In this document: piece after piece, positions 26,809 to 43,117 of the stretch | Numbering within the stretch: the first letter of the stretch is position 1 | Layout of the letters: every line of letters starts with the position of its first letter | Source of the DNA: Octopus vulgaris | Taxonomy: Eukaryota | Direction of reading: 5' to 3' | Assembly (NCBI GenBank): GCA_951406725.2 | Contig: OX597831.1 | Span: forward strand, 80,476,001 to 80,540,000 | DNA: 64,000 bases | Made by a program: the position numbers and the translations under genes | Notes under the pieces: model-generated | The model's database searches: none | What the model saw: the letters and a program-made list of their open reading frames with translations, nothing else | What the model was told of the DNA's origin: nothing

Positions 26809-26872
26809 TATATATATACATTACTATTTATGTAACAGTATATATATATATATATATATATATATTCATATA

Positions 26873-26928
<56 letters not shown>

Positions 26929-26929
26929 T

Positions 26930-26996
<67 letters not shown>

Positions 26997-26999
<3 letters not shown>

Positions 27000-27342
27000 G
27001 GCCACCTAACTCCCCGGACTGCAATATCCTTGATTATTACGTGTGGGGCTCAGTTGAGCGAGAGACCAACAAAACTCCTTTGTAACACCCAAAGATGAAC
27101 TGAAGGCTGGGATTATGGCTGCATTCACCAACTCGAACAATGAGACCTTCCAGAAGAGTTGCAAGAGATTCCGAAATCGTCTGGAGGCCGTGACTGAAGC
27201 CAATGGCCATTTTATTGAATAAATTTTTTCTTTAGTATTTCAAGATATTTTAATGTAAGTTTGGTAAATAGATCTGTTAAAATGAGATGTCTGTTAATTT
27301 CATTTTCGCTTAATTTAGACGACAGTTTATTCACCGCACCTT
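26997..27342 (+). mobile_element. Tc1/mariner (DD37D maT-like) transposase 3' fragment
   Basis: [34 protein letters not shown], followed by a putative terminal sequence ending at TA. Confidence 0.8.
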
Positions 27343-27345
27343 ATA

Positions 27346-27400
<55 letters not shown>

Positions 27401-27445
27401 TATATTATATTATATTAAATTAGAGATAATAATATTACTCCCTAA

Positions 27446-27524
<79 letters not shown>

Positions 27525-27526
<2 letters not shown>

Positions 27527-28052
27527 GTCTACTCCATCTGCAGAGTTTGACCACCTCCTGTACCTACACCTTAGAACCATCATGGCATCTGATGTGGCTT
27601 TTTAAACCAGACAATGTTCTTAAAAGACACCCACATAGATTGCACATCCAATTTGGACCACCAAGAGCTGCAGATAAGTTCTGATCTTTGGGGATCTTAA
27701 AATGTTTTTTGAGGCCTCCGTTAGATTTGCAGACCTTATGACATACACTACATTCAGAGATGTGCACAGACATATAGGCAGAATAGTTGGTGGAGGTTCG
27801 TTTTCCATCCGTTCGCAGATGAGATTTGAGCCCAGCAAAAGAAGGGCATGGTCTGTCACAAAAAAGGTCATTGCGATTCACCTTCACGATCGTAACATTC
27901 TTCTTTGAATCTCTCTTGAGTTTTGCATGCGTTATCCTGGCCTCTTCAAACGCTTTCACTCCACTCCACGCATTTGTTCGCCATCCAACTCGATCGGAAG
28001 GGAGGTTTCCTATGTCCTGTGGATCCATTCCAAGTGACTTCATATACATACA
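27525..28052 (-). mobile_element. RTE-clade LINE 3' end with three C2H2-type zinc fingers
   Basis: ORF 27564-28049: SDRVGWR..GVKAFEEAR (RTE C-terminus), then CDRPC..GLKSHLR, CSVCHKVCKSNGGLKKH and CNLCG..GLKSHIRCH. Confidence 0.8.
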
Positions 28053-28056
28053 TTAG

Positions 28057-28154
<98 letters not shown>

Positions 28155-28823
28155 ATGCATGTATATACCTATATACGTATACATAAATATAAATACATTT
28201 GTATATATGGATGTGTGTGTATATATATGCGCGTGTGGGTGTGTATGTGTGTATGTGTGTGTGTATGTATAGATAGATAGAGTGATATAGATATATGTAG
28301 ATAGATATAGATATTCATACATGTGTGTACTCGCTCACATGAGCCAATGCACGAGGATCGAACCAATTAGTTTCGGTACTCATTGGAAACTCATCGGTGA
28401 TCGCACATCTCTGCCTTGGAACCGGCCCCCGAAAAAATTATAAGACTGCAAGCAATATAATGTTGAATATTAAAAGAAAATTGCATAATGATACGATATT
28501 GTTAGTCAGAGCATTAACAACTGGAATATTGATGTTAAATAAGGGCCGCTGTGAGCCTAAGCAACCACCTGAAGGTCTAAGATTCGAGTTCTCGTATTTT
28601 TATCGGATTATGTCAAGAAGCACGACAAACGTGGACCGCTTTTATAGGATTAGCTGAAGATATTCGAACTTGGATTCATTCCCTTGTCGGTGATACGGCA
28701 CCGCAGATGTAATCAACTACACACGCACTCATACCCGCATATGCACACAGGGGTGTATACGGATGCATGTGTGTGGGTATGTAATGAGTACATGCATATA
28801 TATTTGTGTACGTATATATACGA

Positions 28824-28889
<66 letters not shown>

Positions 28890-29017
28890 GTATATGTGAA
28901 TATATACACATACATGTATATATATGCGCACATATATATGTATATATGTATATATATGTACATATATGTGTATATCTATATATACGTACATATATGTGTA
29001 TATCTATATATACGTAC

Positions 29018-29076
<59 letters not shown>

Positions 29077-29092
29077 TATATATATGCATACG

Positions 29093-29125
<33 letters not shown>

Positions 29126-29190
29126 CTGTGTCTGTATGTTAGTGTTGGTGTTCGTATTGGTCTGTATACATGTGAGCAGCTGTTGGATGC

Positions 29191-29332
<142 letters not shown>

Positions 29333-29967
29333 TAATATATATACATATATATATACATGTATGTTTGTATATTATATATACATGCATACATACACATGCA
29401 CACAGGTGTGTATGTGCACGTAGGTGGGCAGAGTGAAATTAATAGAAACAGAGAAGGGGAGAGAGAGGGGGTGAGTTGTCAGTGCGTGATGCTATTTGCA
29501 GAAAATAAAGTTAAGTCTCAGCCCCAATCGCAACCGAAGTGCAATTCCGTTGCATTCTTCACTAATGACGTTTGGGTGCAGCGCAATTCTCTTTATAGCC
29601 AACACATGGCACTAATTCTCTCACCGCAAACAATAACAACGACCACGACGACGACGACGATGGCGATTGCGACGATGACGACGACACTGACGACAACAAT
29701 AACATTACCAGCATCTTCACCACCAACATCGCCAATAGCGGCAGCAGCATCATCGTCATCATTATCATCCCCAATATCAAACTTCCTTGTCAATAACGTT
29801 GCCACCGACTGCATTGACGTCGCCGACTCGGCCATCATCACCAACGACTCTAACGCCACTACCTCCAACAATAACAACAACAACATCATCATCCGCATCA
29901 TCATCATCATCATCAACATCGCCATTATCATCAACAATATCATTCTCATCATCATCATCATCATAAT

Positions 29968-30061
29968 CGCAAAGCTTTGTGAGTAGATTTGGTAGAAGGA
30001 AACTGAAAGAAAGCTGTCGTATATACAAACGTATATATATATATATATATGTGTGTGTATG

Positions 30062-30095
<34 letters not shown>

Positions 30096-30139
30096 TGTAT
30101 GTATGTGTGTATGTATATATATATATATATGTATGTATG

Positions 30140-30173
<34 letters not shown>

Positions 30174-30285
30174 AAACACAAGTAAAATAATGCTAAAATA
30201 ATTTTATAAAGAACATAAAATTATTTTAGCATTTTCTATTTTGACTTGTTTTTTCATATATATCAACTCGTGTGTTCCTTTTCAC

Positions 30286-30350
<65 letters not shown>

Positions 30351-30580
30351 TGTGTGTGTGCTTGTGTGTCTGTGTTTGTCCCCCCATAATCGCTTAACAA
30401 CCGATGCTGGTGAGTTTATATCTCCGTAACTTAGCTGTTCGGCAAAAGAGACCGATAGAATAAGTACTGGGCTTACAAAGAATAAGTTCTGGGGTCGATT
30501 TGCTCGACTAAAGGCGGTGCTCCAGCATGGCCGCAGTCAAATGACCGAAACAAATAAAAGAATGAAAGAATAAAATAAAA
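29968..30580 (+). mobile_element. SINE family B, 5'-truncated, with expanded internal microsatellite
   Basis: 5' part 29968-30020 and 3' part ~30350-30580 are separated by ~330 bp of simple repeats containing an AT-rich hairpin at ~30172-30255. Confidence 0.8.
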
Positions 30581-30589
30581 TAATATTTT

Positions 30590-31022
30590 TTCTACCATAC
30601 GCACGAGACCCGAAATTTAGGGGGAGGAGTCTAGTAGATTATAACGGCCCCAGTGCATAACTAGTAGTTATTTTATTGACCCCCGAGAGGATGAAAGGAA
30701 CACTTGACCCCGACGGAATTTGAGTTCAGAACGTAAAACCAGCAGAAATGCCCGCTAAACATTTAGCCCGGAGCATTAACGACTCTGCCAACTCACCGCC
30801 TTATAATACGATTTCAAATTTTGGCACAAGGCCAGCAAGTTCGGAGGAGGGGTAGGTTAATTACATCGACCCCGGTACTTAACTGGTACTTATTTTATCA
30901 ACCACCGAGAGGATGAAAGGCAAAGTCGACCTCGGTGAAATTTGAACTCAGAACGTTAAGACGGACGAAATGCCGCTAAACATTTTTCACTGCGTGTAAA
31001 CGATTCTTCCAGCTCGCCGCCT
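30590..31022 (-). mobile_element. Two tandem SINE family A copies
   Basis: Reverse-complement heads end at ~30801 and ~31022; central domain 'ggatgaaagg..gacc' occurs twice. Confidence 0.85.
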
Positions 31023-31419
31023 TCACGCCACCTTACAATATAATACAATATAATATATAATATAATATAATATAATATAATATAATACAATACAATATAA
31101 AATATGTAGTGTACCGTAGATAAGTAAACAGAGTCATACATACTGTATAGAAAACGAAACACGGAAGGCGAGTGTGTGGTGTTGTTTTGCATTTGTGTGT
31201 AAAATACTAGAATAGAATAGAATAGAATAGAAGAAAGAGTTAAATTTACCCTGTTTATATATCAATTGTATAGTTTACATAGATCCTTTGGTACCTTGAT
31301 ATTGCGTGGACTGCGATCCCCGTTGACAGACCGCTGATAACAAATGAAGTGTTGAAAAGTTGTGGTATGCAAATCAGTCGTTCCAGTTCTCTGGAGTTAC
31401 AAGATTTTATAATGTATAT

Positions 31420-31732
31420 CAGTGGTTCTCAACCGTAGTCCATGTGGCCCTTGCAGGGGTCCATTTAAGGTTTAGTTGTAACAAATTGTGTGCAGTAAAT
31501 CGATTTTACTTCTACAATACACTAAATATTTTAACAACTTTTTTTTTTGTATACGCGGTGCTGCTCCAGAATTACCGCAGCCGCATGGCTGAAAGGAGCA
31601 AAAGAGTTAAGAATATTTAATTACAGAAACATAATGAGATGTTTTTAAACTTGAAAATGGCCATGGGCGCCGAGAATAATAAAATAGTAATGAAAGGGGT
31701 TCCACAAGCTAAAAATTAGTTGAGAACTACTG
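31420..31732. mobile_element. hAT (Charlie-like) MITE with 8-bp TSD
   Basis: TIRs CAGTGGTTCTCAA / TTGAGAACTACTG; identical ATGTATAT at 31412-31419 and 31733-31740. Confidence 0.92.
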
Positions 31733-32229
31733 ATGTATATAAACAGATTGACGGTTTAGTTCTCTGGGATTGGTCGAGTAATTTAGACTCTTCTGATGAG
31801 AACCCAATAAGGTTCGATAATCGACAATCGATTAATGTTGTTCATCATCTTTTTTAATCTACGGAGAAATAATTAAATTAGTCATAGTGCATAGTCTACG
31901 GATAATATATACATTCTACAGACATTTACAGAGGCGATAACGGGCTCATCATCAGCGTGGTATCCCGGATCCACTGATTGTTTCAACTCTTTAAACGATA
32001 CACCTTCATTCAGGTACTCTGACCTAAGTTGATCACGATTAAGCCTATGTCTAAGCGGCATCGGCTCTGCTTTCTGAGTTCAAATCCTGTCATAGCCTAC
32101 TTGGGTGGGAGGCTTAACCCATCACCTACTTTAATATCCAGTCTTAGTACCTTGGGTGTCCTTTAAAAGAATGTCCTGTTGCAAACATTCAGGACAAGTT
32201 TCCGCTTTCAGAAACCTTTTTTTCTTTTA

Positions 32230-32856
32230 CCAGTCTTGGAGCTCTTACAAAAAGTCATGGGATCTGCCTTATTCCCCTACCTAGATGGTATAAAACAAGA
32301 ATTTAATTGGTTTCACCAGTGCCTCGCCCCGAAATCAAGGTTTATCTCGCCGAAAAATGACTGAAATTTAAAGTGCTTCTCCTAATGGACAAGCTGGAGG
32401 TCACGAGTTCGACCTGTCGTATGAGTGCGTACAAATCGAATTCTTACCGCCGATCACTACATCGCTGATTCAACCCATGGATCAAGGCGTTATTCGTGCT
32501 TTTAAGGCACTCTTTACGCGAAACTGCCTGCAACAGCTGGACTCGGATGATAACTTTTCGCTGAAGGAGTACAGTCGTGGATACATCATTGCAACATGTC
32601 GCCAAAATATTCAGAAGGCCAACAGGAAGAAATTGTGACCAGATGCGGTCCACGACTATAGAGGATTCTCTCCTGACGAAATCTATCACTCTGCAGTAGA
32701 CAATGCAGTGAAGCTGGCAAAATTATAAGAGGAGATGGCTTCACTGTTATGAGTAACCTGATCGAGGCCCACTCAGATCCTTTAACGGATGAAGATCTGG
32801 CAGAGATGAAGAAGTCAGCAAGTGAATAATAATAATAATCATAATAATAATAATAA

Positions 32857-32887
<31 letters not shown>

Positions 32888-33055
32888 GGGAGGAGGAGGA
32901 GGAGGAGGAGGAGGAAGAAGAAGAAGAAAATGATGATGATGATGATGATGATGAAGATGATGATGATGATGATGATGATGAAGAAGAAGAAGAAGAAGAA
33001 GAAGAAGAAGAAGAAGAAGAAGAAGAAGAAGAAGAAGAAGAAGAAGAAGAAGAAG

Positions 33056-33086
<31 letters not shown>

Positions 33087-33474
33087 CGGCCTACCACTAG
33101 AACGCTACCCAACAATGGTAAAAGAACTTCAGAAAATGGCAGACGATTGTGACAGGTCCCCCCACCCACCTCGATGATTCATGCGTTGCAGTTCAGAAAT
33201 GCAACAGACGAAGTCATGGAAGTTTACAAGAACCTCCTTACACAGAAGAATAGACAGTGCCAGCAACTACCCATCACCATGTTCCTCACCCGGAGAGAAG
33301 ACACGGGTATTCCTAAGTGGGTGCGGAGAGTTTATGAAAGCTGAAATATATAAAATCTTAATAAAATGAATAAATACAAATTATAAAAATAATTTTTAAA
33401 AACATATACAGTAGTGTTTCTACTTCAAGTAGGTTTTTGGAACGGAACACCCGCGATAGTCGAGGCTTTATTAT
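32230..33474 (+). mobile_element. Degenerate pogo/Tigger (TIGD1-like) transposon, 3' part
   Basis: WFHQC..FKVLLLMD..GH and FLPPITTSLIQPMDQGVIRAFKAL DDE motifs across frameshifts; Tigger-like terminus 'ccgcgatagtcgagg'. Confidence 0.85.
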
Positions 33475-33507
33475 ATGCACATATATGCGTGTATATTTGT
33501 ATATGTT

Positions 33508-33572
<65 letters not shown>

Positions 33573-33690
33573 ATATATATATGTATGTATGTATGTACGT
33601 ATATATGTATGTATGCATGTATGTATATATATATATATATGTATGAATGTATATATATATATGTTTATATATATATAAATATATATATAT

Positions 33691-33735
<45 letters not shown>

Positions 33736-34009
33736 CATATATTCGTACGCATTGTATATAATATATATAATATATACATTATATATATATAATATATACG
33801 TGATATATAATATATATAATATATTATATACATGTAGCACATCTGTATACACATAAACATTCACACAGACAAAAACACACACACACACATGTATGTATCT
33901 ACCTATCTCTCTAGACATTCGTTTATGTGACTGTCAATTTAATTAGACAGACAGACAGACAGACAGACAGACACATAGATAGAATAGATAGACAGACAAA
34001 CAGACAGAC

Positions 34010-34100
<91 letters not shown>

Positions 34101-34403
34101 CAGACACACGTTTGCACATGCCTATATATATTACATATACATCTCTAAATGCACTTTATACCTTAAGATGTATATACTTGTATTTGCATGTGTGAAAGAG
34201 AGAGCACGCGTATGTTAGTTTGAAATATATATATATATGTATGTATGTATGTATATATATATATATATATATTTATGTGTGTGTGTGTATACGCACACAT
34301 AGATACATACATTAATATATGCAAACATATATGTGTTTGTGTACATACACACACACATATACATAAATATACACATATATATAATAAATAATATATGTAT
34401 CTA

Positions 34404-34459
<56 letters not shown>

Positions 34460-35440
34460 TTCTCTCAACTCTCTTTCTTCTACCACACAACGATACGACC
34501 AGCGTTTCGTTTCTAATTAAAGATGGCTAGAGAGTATCTGGCGTGTAAAGTAAACCGTGTGTTTAAAAGTGAATATAATTGACGATATAAATATATATAT
34601 TCGAATTTAATCAAGTGATAAGCGTGTATCGAATTCTTCTCGCCTTCAGGCTGACACAGTTCCCACTACAATTATAGACCTGACTAGCATAGCATCTTCG
34701 CCGTTTTTGTAGCGAGATCATAGCTATTATTAAAGCCGTTGGATTGGCAGAAACTGTCGATAGGTGGCGTCCGACAAAATGTATGCCTTGTGGTTAGATA
34801 TTTATTTAGTTATGTCCCCTTTTCACGTATCTGTATTCTGTGTTGAAATGCCGCCAAGGTTCTCAGCATTAGCTCTCGTGTCCTTCTGGGTTTGTGTTTG
34901 GGACTGGGTTAGAGTTGGTGATGGAAATGACGCGTGGCTGGTGATGGTAGATGCGTGGTTCGGGTTAAGGTCTGGAGGGAATCGGTGAAATAAAGTACCA
35001 ATCAAGAATTGGTGCTTTATTTTATTAATCTTACTGATAGAATCGATTATATTATTTCTCGTCAGCTTTCTCGCCTTGTTTCTTTGATTTTCTTCTTTCT
35101 TTTCTGATACTTCATGCATTAAATACGTTGACACTAGATACGTTAACACAGATATTTGCTGCAGAGGGCGACTCTGAGTAACTTATTCTCTCCATAACAT
35201 AATTCTATTTCTCTACGCCAGTGATTCTCGAACCCTTTTCTTCGCCTATGGATCCCTTTGATTCCTATTATATTCGGGTGGATCCTCGTTGCCATTCGAT
35301 GTATTCACAATGCTTTGATCTCCAAGTAGCGCTACGCTGATGAAGATCCATTCTTTGGTCTCTTTCAGTAAGAGAGTGACAACTGGTCGATTGTGCTGCT
35401 GGCTCATTATCTGTGCATATGGTTAAGTACCGCTCTAATT

Positions 35441-37890
<2,450 letters not shown>

Positions 37891-37930
37891 TACTACTGCT
37901 ATTACTACTACTAGTACCACCATTAATTAA

Positions 37931-38130
37931 GGCGGCGAGCTGGCACAACCGTTAGCACGCCGGGCAAAATGCTTAGCAGCATTTCGTCTGTCGCTACGTT
38001 CTGAGGTTCAAATTCCGCTGAAGTCGACTTTGTCTTTCATCCTTTCGCGGACAGGGGTGGAGAGGGGGATGGGGTCGATGAAATAAATGCCAAAATTTCA
38101 GCCCCTTCTGCCTTTAATAGAAAGGATTAT
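37931..38130 (+). mobile_element. SINE family A
   Basis: Head 'ggcggcgagctggcacaaccgttag', B box, and tail 'tagaaaggattat'. Confidence 0.8.
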
Positions 38131-38431
38131 CATTATTATTATTAATGCAACTTAAAGTTTTGTAACTCCTACGAAATGTGTTGCGTATCTCTTCTTCTTC
38201 CGTTTGTCCACTCACCCTTTTTATATCTTTGTGGGGTGGCCACGAAGATAAGTTGCGTTGTGTGTGTGGTCTCCTTCTTCCTTTCACATCTGCATATATA
38301 TACATATATATACAGAAGTCTGTATACTTAAAGCATTTCAGATTTTATAGACTATGTTCAGCCTGTTACACTGAGATAGGTGTGGTGTTTATATACAATA
38401 TTATATCTAAGATCCGTATGCTACATGTGTG

Positions 38432-38493
<62 letters not shown>

Positions 38494-38608
38494 TGGTGGT
38501 GGTGGTGGTGGTGGTTGTGGTGGTGCTAGTAGTAGTGGTGATGGTGTCAGCGGCGGCAGTGGTGGTGGCGGTGGTGGTGGTTTTGGTGGTAGTAATGGCG
38601 GCGGCGAC

Positions 38609-38645
<37 letters not shown>

Positions 38646-38739
38646 AATGGAGGAGTGGTAAATGAAAAACTTGAGAAGAAAATGACGAAAATATATGCTC
38701 GCGCGTGTGTTTGTGTGTTTGTGTGTGTCTATACGCGTC

Positions 38740-38882
38740 GCTGTGTGGTAAGCTTCCCAACCGCATGGTTCTGGGTTCAGTCCCACTGCTTGGCACCTCG
38801 GTCAAGTGTCTTCTACAATAGCCTCAGGCCGACAAGAGTATTGTGAGTGGATTTGGTAGACGGAAACTGAAACAAGCCTGTC

Positions 38883-38961
<79 letters not shown>

Positions 38962-39198
38962 CATACATGTATATATGTGTGTGCATCTTTGAGCATTTGT
39001 GTCTGTGTTTGACTCCATTACTGTTTGACAACCGGTGTTGGTGTGTTTACGTCACCGTAATCTAGCGGTTCGGCATAGGAGAACGATAGATTAAGTACTA
39101 GGCTTAAGAAATAAATCCTGAGGGCGATTTATTCGACTAAAAGTCTTCAAGCCTCTGCACTAGCATGGCCGCGGTAAAATGACTGAAACAAGTAAAGA

Positions 39199-39200
<2 letters not shown>
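38740..39200 (+). mobile_element. SINE family B
   Basis: Same organisation as 23880-24335. Confidence 0.85.
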
Positions 39201-39235
<35 letters not shown>

Positions 39236-39506
39236 AACACATGCACACACATATATACTTACATACATATAGATATATATTTATATATATATACATATAC
39301 ATATAGAATAACTAACGCGAAAATCAATTGGTTCGTTTCAGTCTCTTACCTTATTACTATTATTATTATTAACTTCTTATAATCATCAATAATAATGACC
39401 TTTTTGACTAGGAATACTCTAAATGTAGATATTTGTCACTACCTGTCATAAATAGCCTTTTTATATCTACAATATGCATTTTCGTTCATTTTTCATATTT
39501 TACCCC

Positions 39507-39589
<83 letters not shown>

Positions 39590-39811
39590 TAGATGAAACC
39601 TTAGCGACTGAAGAAGGGGTTTTTTCGTTGTGCTAATTGTCCTGTACTCCATTTTTTCTTGTCCTGTTCCTTGGTTTGTGTCTATGTTTTTCGTCTCTCT
39701 ATGTGTTCGACGTCTTTTTGGTGTCCTGTACACATATATGCGTGTATATGTACATGTAGAGGTAGGTACGTACATATATGTTTATATATATGCATATGTT
39801 CTATTCTTTTA

Positions 39812-39856
<45 letters not shown>

Positions 39857-39864
39857 ATCGTGAT

Positions 39865-40112
39865 GTGCATTTGCCACCTGAATGTGGCAGACCCATAGGG
39901 GACGATGCTACTGTTGTTTGTGACGCAGATGATGGATTACTTACTCAGAAACCCGGGTCCATGTGTCTCACGTAAGGCTAGAGACGGGAACGATGATTTC
40001 CTTTCGCAAATACTAATCGGACACAGACAGTGTGTCGTTGGCCAGCTGGAGGATATGTCCTTCTGGGACTAAAAACAACACAAGTATCGTCCCCTATCGG
40101 TGGCAAATGTAC
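39865..40112. mobile_element. MITE-like element with bipartite inverted ends
   Basis: tgcatttgccacc / ggtggcaaatgta and ataggggacgatgc / gtatcgtcccctat; a related internal sequence occurs reversed at ~19935-19995. Confidence 0.65.
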
Positions 40113-40293
40113 TTCACGATTCCGTGCTGCTACTGTTTACATCTCTCTCTCGCCCTCTCTCTCCCCCTCTCTCTCCCCTCTCTCTCTCTCTATATATATA
40201 CATATACATACACACATGCACACATACACACACACACAAACATATATGTATATATATATATATATATACATATATATATACATATATATATAC

Positions 40294-40324
<31 letters not shown>

Positions 40325-40357
40325 CATATATATACACACACACACATATATATAATG

Positions 40358-40418
<61 letters not shown>

Positions 40419-40474
40419 TAATAATAATGATAATAATGATAATAATGATAATAATAATAATAATAATAATGATG

Positions 40475-40533
<59 letters not shown>

Positions 40534-40671
40534 AACAACAACAATAACAATAACAACAACAACAACAATAACAATAACAATAACAATAACAATAACAATA
40601 ACAATAACAATAATAATAATAATAATAATAACAACAACAACAACAACAACAACAGCAGCAGCAGCAGCAGC

Positions 40672-40711
<40 letters not shown>

Positions 40712-40737
40712 ATAATAATAATAATAAAAAATTAAAA

Positions 40738-42445
40738 AAAAGACAATAATGAACTTGAAGGCCTATTGCGCACCGTGAAAGCATTCAGCGATGACATCGA
40801 GATGGAGTTTGGACTTGAGAAGTGTGCCAAGGCCACTTTCCAGAAAGGGAAAGTGAAGACCACAAATTCAGTCGTGTTAGATGTTGACACAGTCATTAGA
40901 GAGCTTGAGCAAGAACAAACATACAAATATTTAGGGATAAATGAAGGCTCTGGTATTCAGCATGCAAGCATGAAAGAGAAAATCAGGAAGGAATGTTATA
41001 GGAGATTTCGTGCAGTCCTGAAATCTGAACTAAATGCACGTAACAAGGTGTTAGCTATAAATTCCTTAGCAGTTCCAGTTGTTACTTATAGCTACAATGT
41101 GTTGAACTGGAATATGAGTGAAGTAAAGAATATAGATAGAAAAATACGCAAGCTGCTGAGTTGTAATAGGATGCACCACCCAAAGGCAGACGTAGATCGC
41201 CTTTACCTTCCCAGAGCCCAAGGAGGTCGAGGCCTGATCCAATTTGAACTAGCTTACAAAACAACCACAATTGGACTGGCCAAATATCTCGAAATATCGA
41301 ATGACTGGATGCTAAAGCTCGTGGAAAATCACGAGAGACGAAAGAAGCTTCATTCTATCATCAAGGAAAGCAAAAAATTTGCTATTGATCTCGTGCAGGA
41401 TACCCAAACTGAACAACCCGAGGGAAGTACGGCAACTATTGTTGCAAAGAAGGTGAAAATGATGGCAATGAAAAAAGCGCACGAGCAATTGGCTGATAGG
41501 TGGGAGGAGAAACCTCTGCACGGCAAATATGTGACCCGCAGCAAACAAGCTGATGTTGACCAGAATCAAACCCATCAGTGGCTGCGGAGCTCAGGGCTAA
41601 AAGCAGAGAGCGAAGGTTTCATCCTGGCTGCTCAAGACCAAAGCCTATTAACCCGGAACTACCAGGCCAATGTGATGAAAAATGGAGCAGACCCAAAATG
41701 CCGATTCTGCAACATGATTGAAACAGTGGACCACCTAATCTCTGGATGTAAAGTCTTAGCACCAGTGGAGTATAAATTAAGACATGACAGAGTTGGCCAA
41801 TATCTCCACTGGCTAATAAGTCGGCATTACAATATCAAAACTGCCGACAAGTGGTATAATCACCACCCTGAGGCTGTAACTGAAGGAGAAAATGTAACCA
41901 TTCTGTGGGACTTTCCAGTACATACAGACCGAACCATCAAGGCCAATAAACCAGATATTGTTGTGAAAGACCAAAACAATAAAGTTTGCTTATTGATCGA
42001 CATGAGCATCCCCTGTGATCATAATATCTCAGCGAAAGAGTTTGACAAGCTCAGAAAATATAAAGACCTACTCATTGAAATTGAGAAAATGTGGCATCTC
42101 AAGGCGGTTACAATACCAGTGATCGTAGGAGCACTAGGAATGATCAAGAAGGGAACCGAAAATTATATGAGAATGATCCCTGGCTTACCATCCCTGCAAG
42201 AAGTGCAAAAGATTGTCTTAACTGGTACATCACACGTATTGAGAAGAGCATTGTCGATGTGAGAACTGTTGCTGCTCATGTATTTTAATTTAACTTTAAA
42301 AAAAAAAAAAAAAAAAAAAAAATGAACGAACTACTGAGTTTGGTTTAATGGCCTACCAATATACACTATGAGTTTCTTTGCCCTAGGAGTCGGGAAGACA
42401 CTCGGCAAGAAATGGAAGAAAATTTGAAAGAAGAAAAAAAAAAGT
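40738..42445 (+). mobile_element. 5'-truncated R4/Dong-clade non-LTR retrotransposon (RT C-terminal part, CCHC, restriction-like endonuclease)
   Basis: Open 498-aa ORF 40766-42262: YKYLG, RLYLPRAQGGRGL, AAQDQ, CRFC..ETVDHLISGC, RHD, PDIVV..LID, KYKDL. Begins just downstream of where YxDD would lie. Flanked by AAT/AAC repeats (5') and (TAA)n (3'). Confidence 0.93.
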
Positions 42446-42908
42446 AATAATAATAATAATAATAATAATATTAGGGTGTATAACTACAAACTTACAGGGA
42501 AAAATTCAATTTAGTATTAACTCAAATTTCACAATATAAATATATAATATATATATATATATATATAGGGAAGAACCACTATTATGTAATTCAAACAATG
42601 ATAGACATTAACGAATTCATAAATAAAAAATAAAATATATTATAAAACGTATAACTAGATCACAAAATATATTCTACTGACGATTCGAAAATACTTATGT
42701 AAGTAAAACTACATAATCTATTAACGATGAAACAATTGTATAGAGTGAATCTATTTTTTCGTTATTTTTCATTTGTCCTGCTCGCTTACATTCTTGGCGT
42801 GTTGAATTAATTCTTGAGAACAATTCTTTAGTGGCGGATTCCCTTTGTGGATCTATATCTAGCGTTAGAGTGACCACATGGTGGACTCTCTCTTATTATT
42901 TATGTATG

Positions 42909-43115
<207 letters not shown>

Positions 43116-43117
43116 GT

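Noticed and set aside
29357-29986. 209-aa Thr/Ser/Asn-rich ORF
   Set aside because: Starts in a microsatellite, ends in a SINE, has no domain, and is open on both strands because of trinucleotide repeats.
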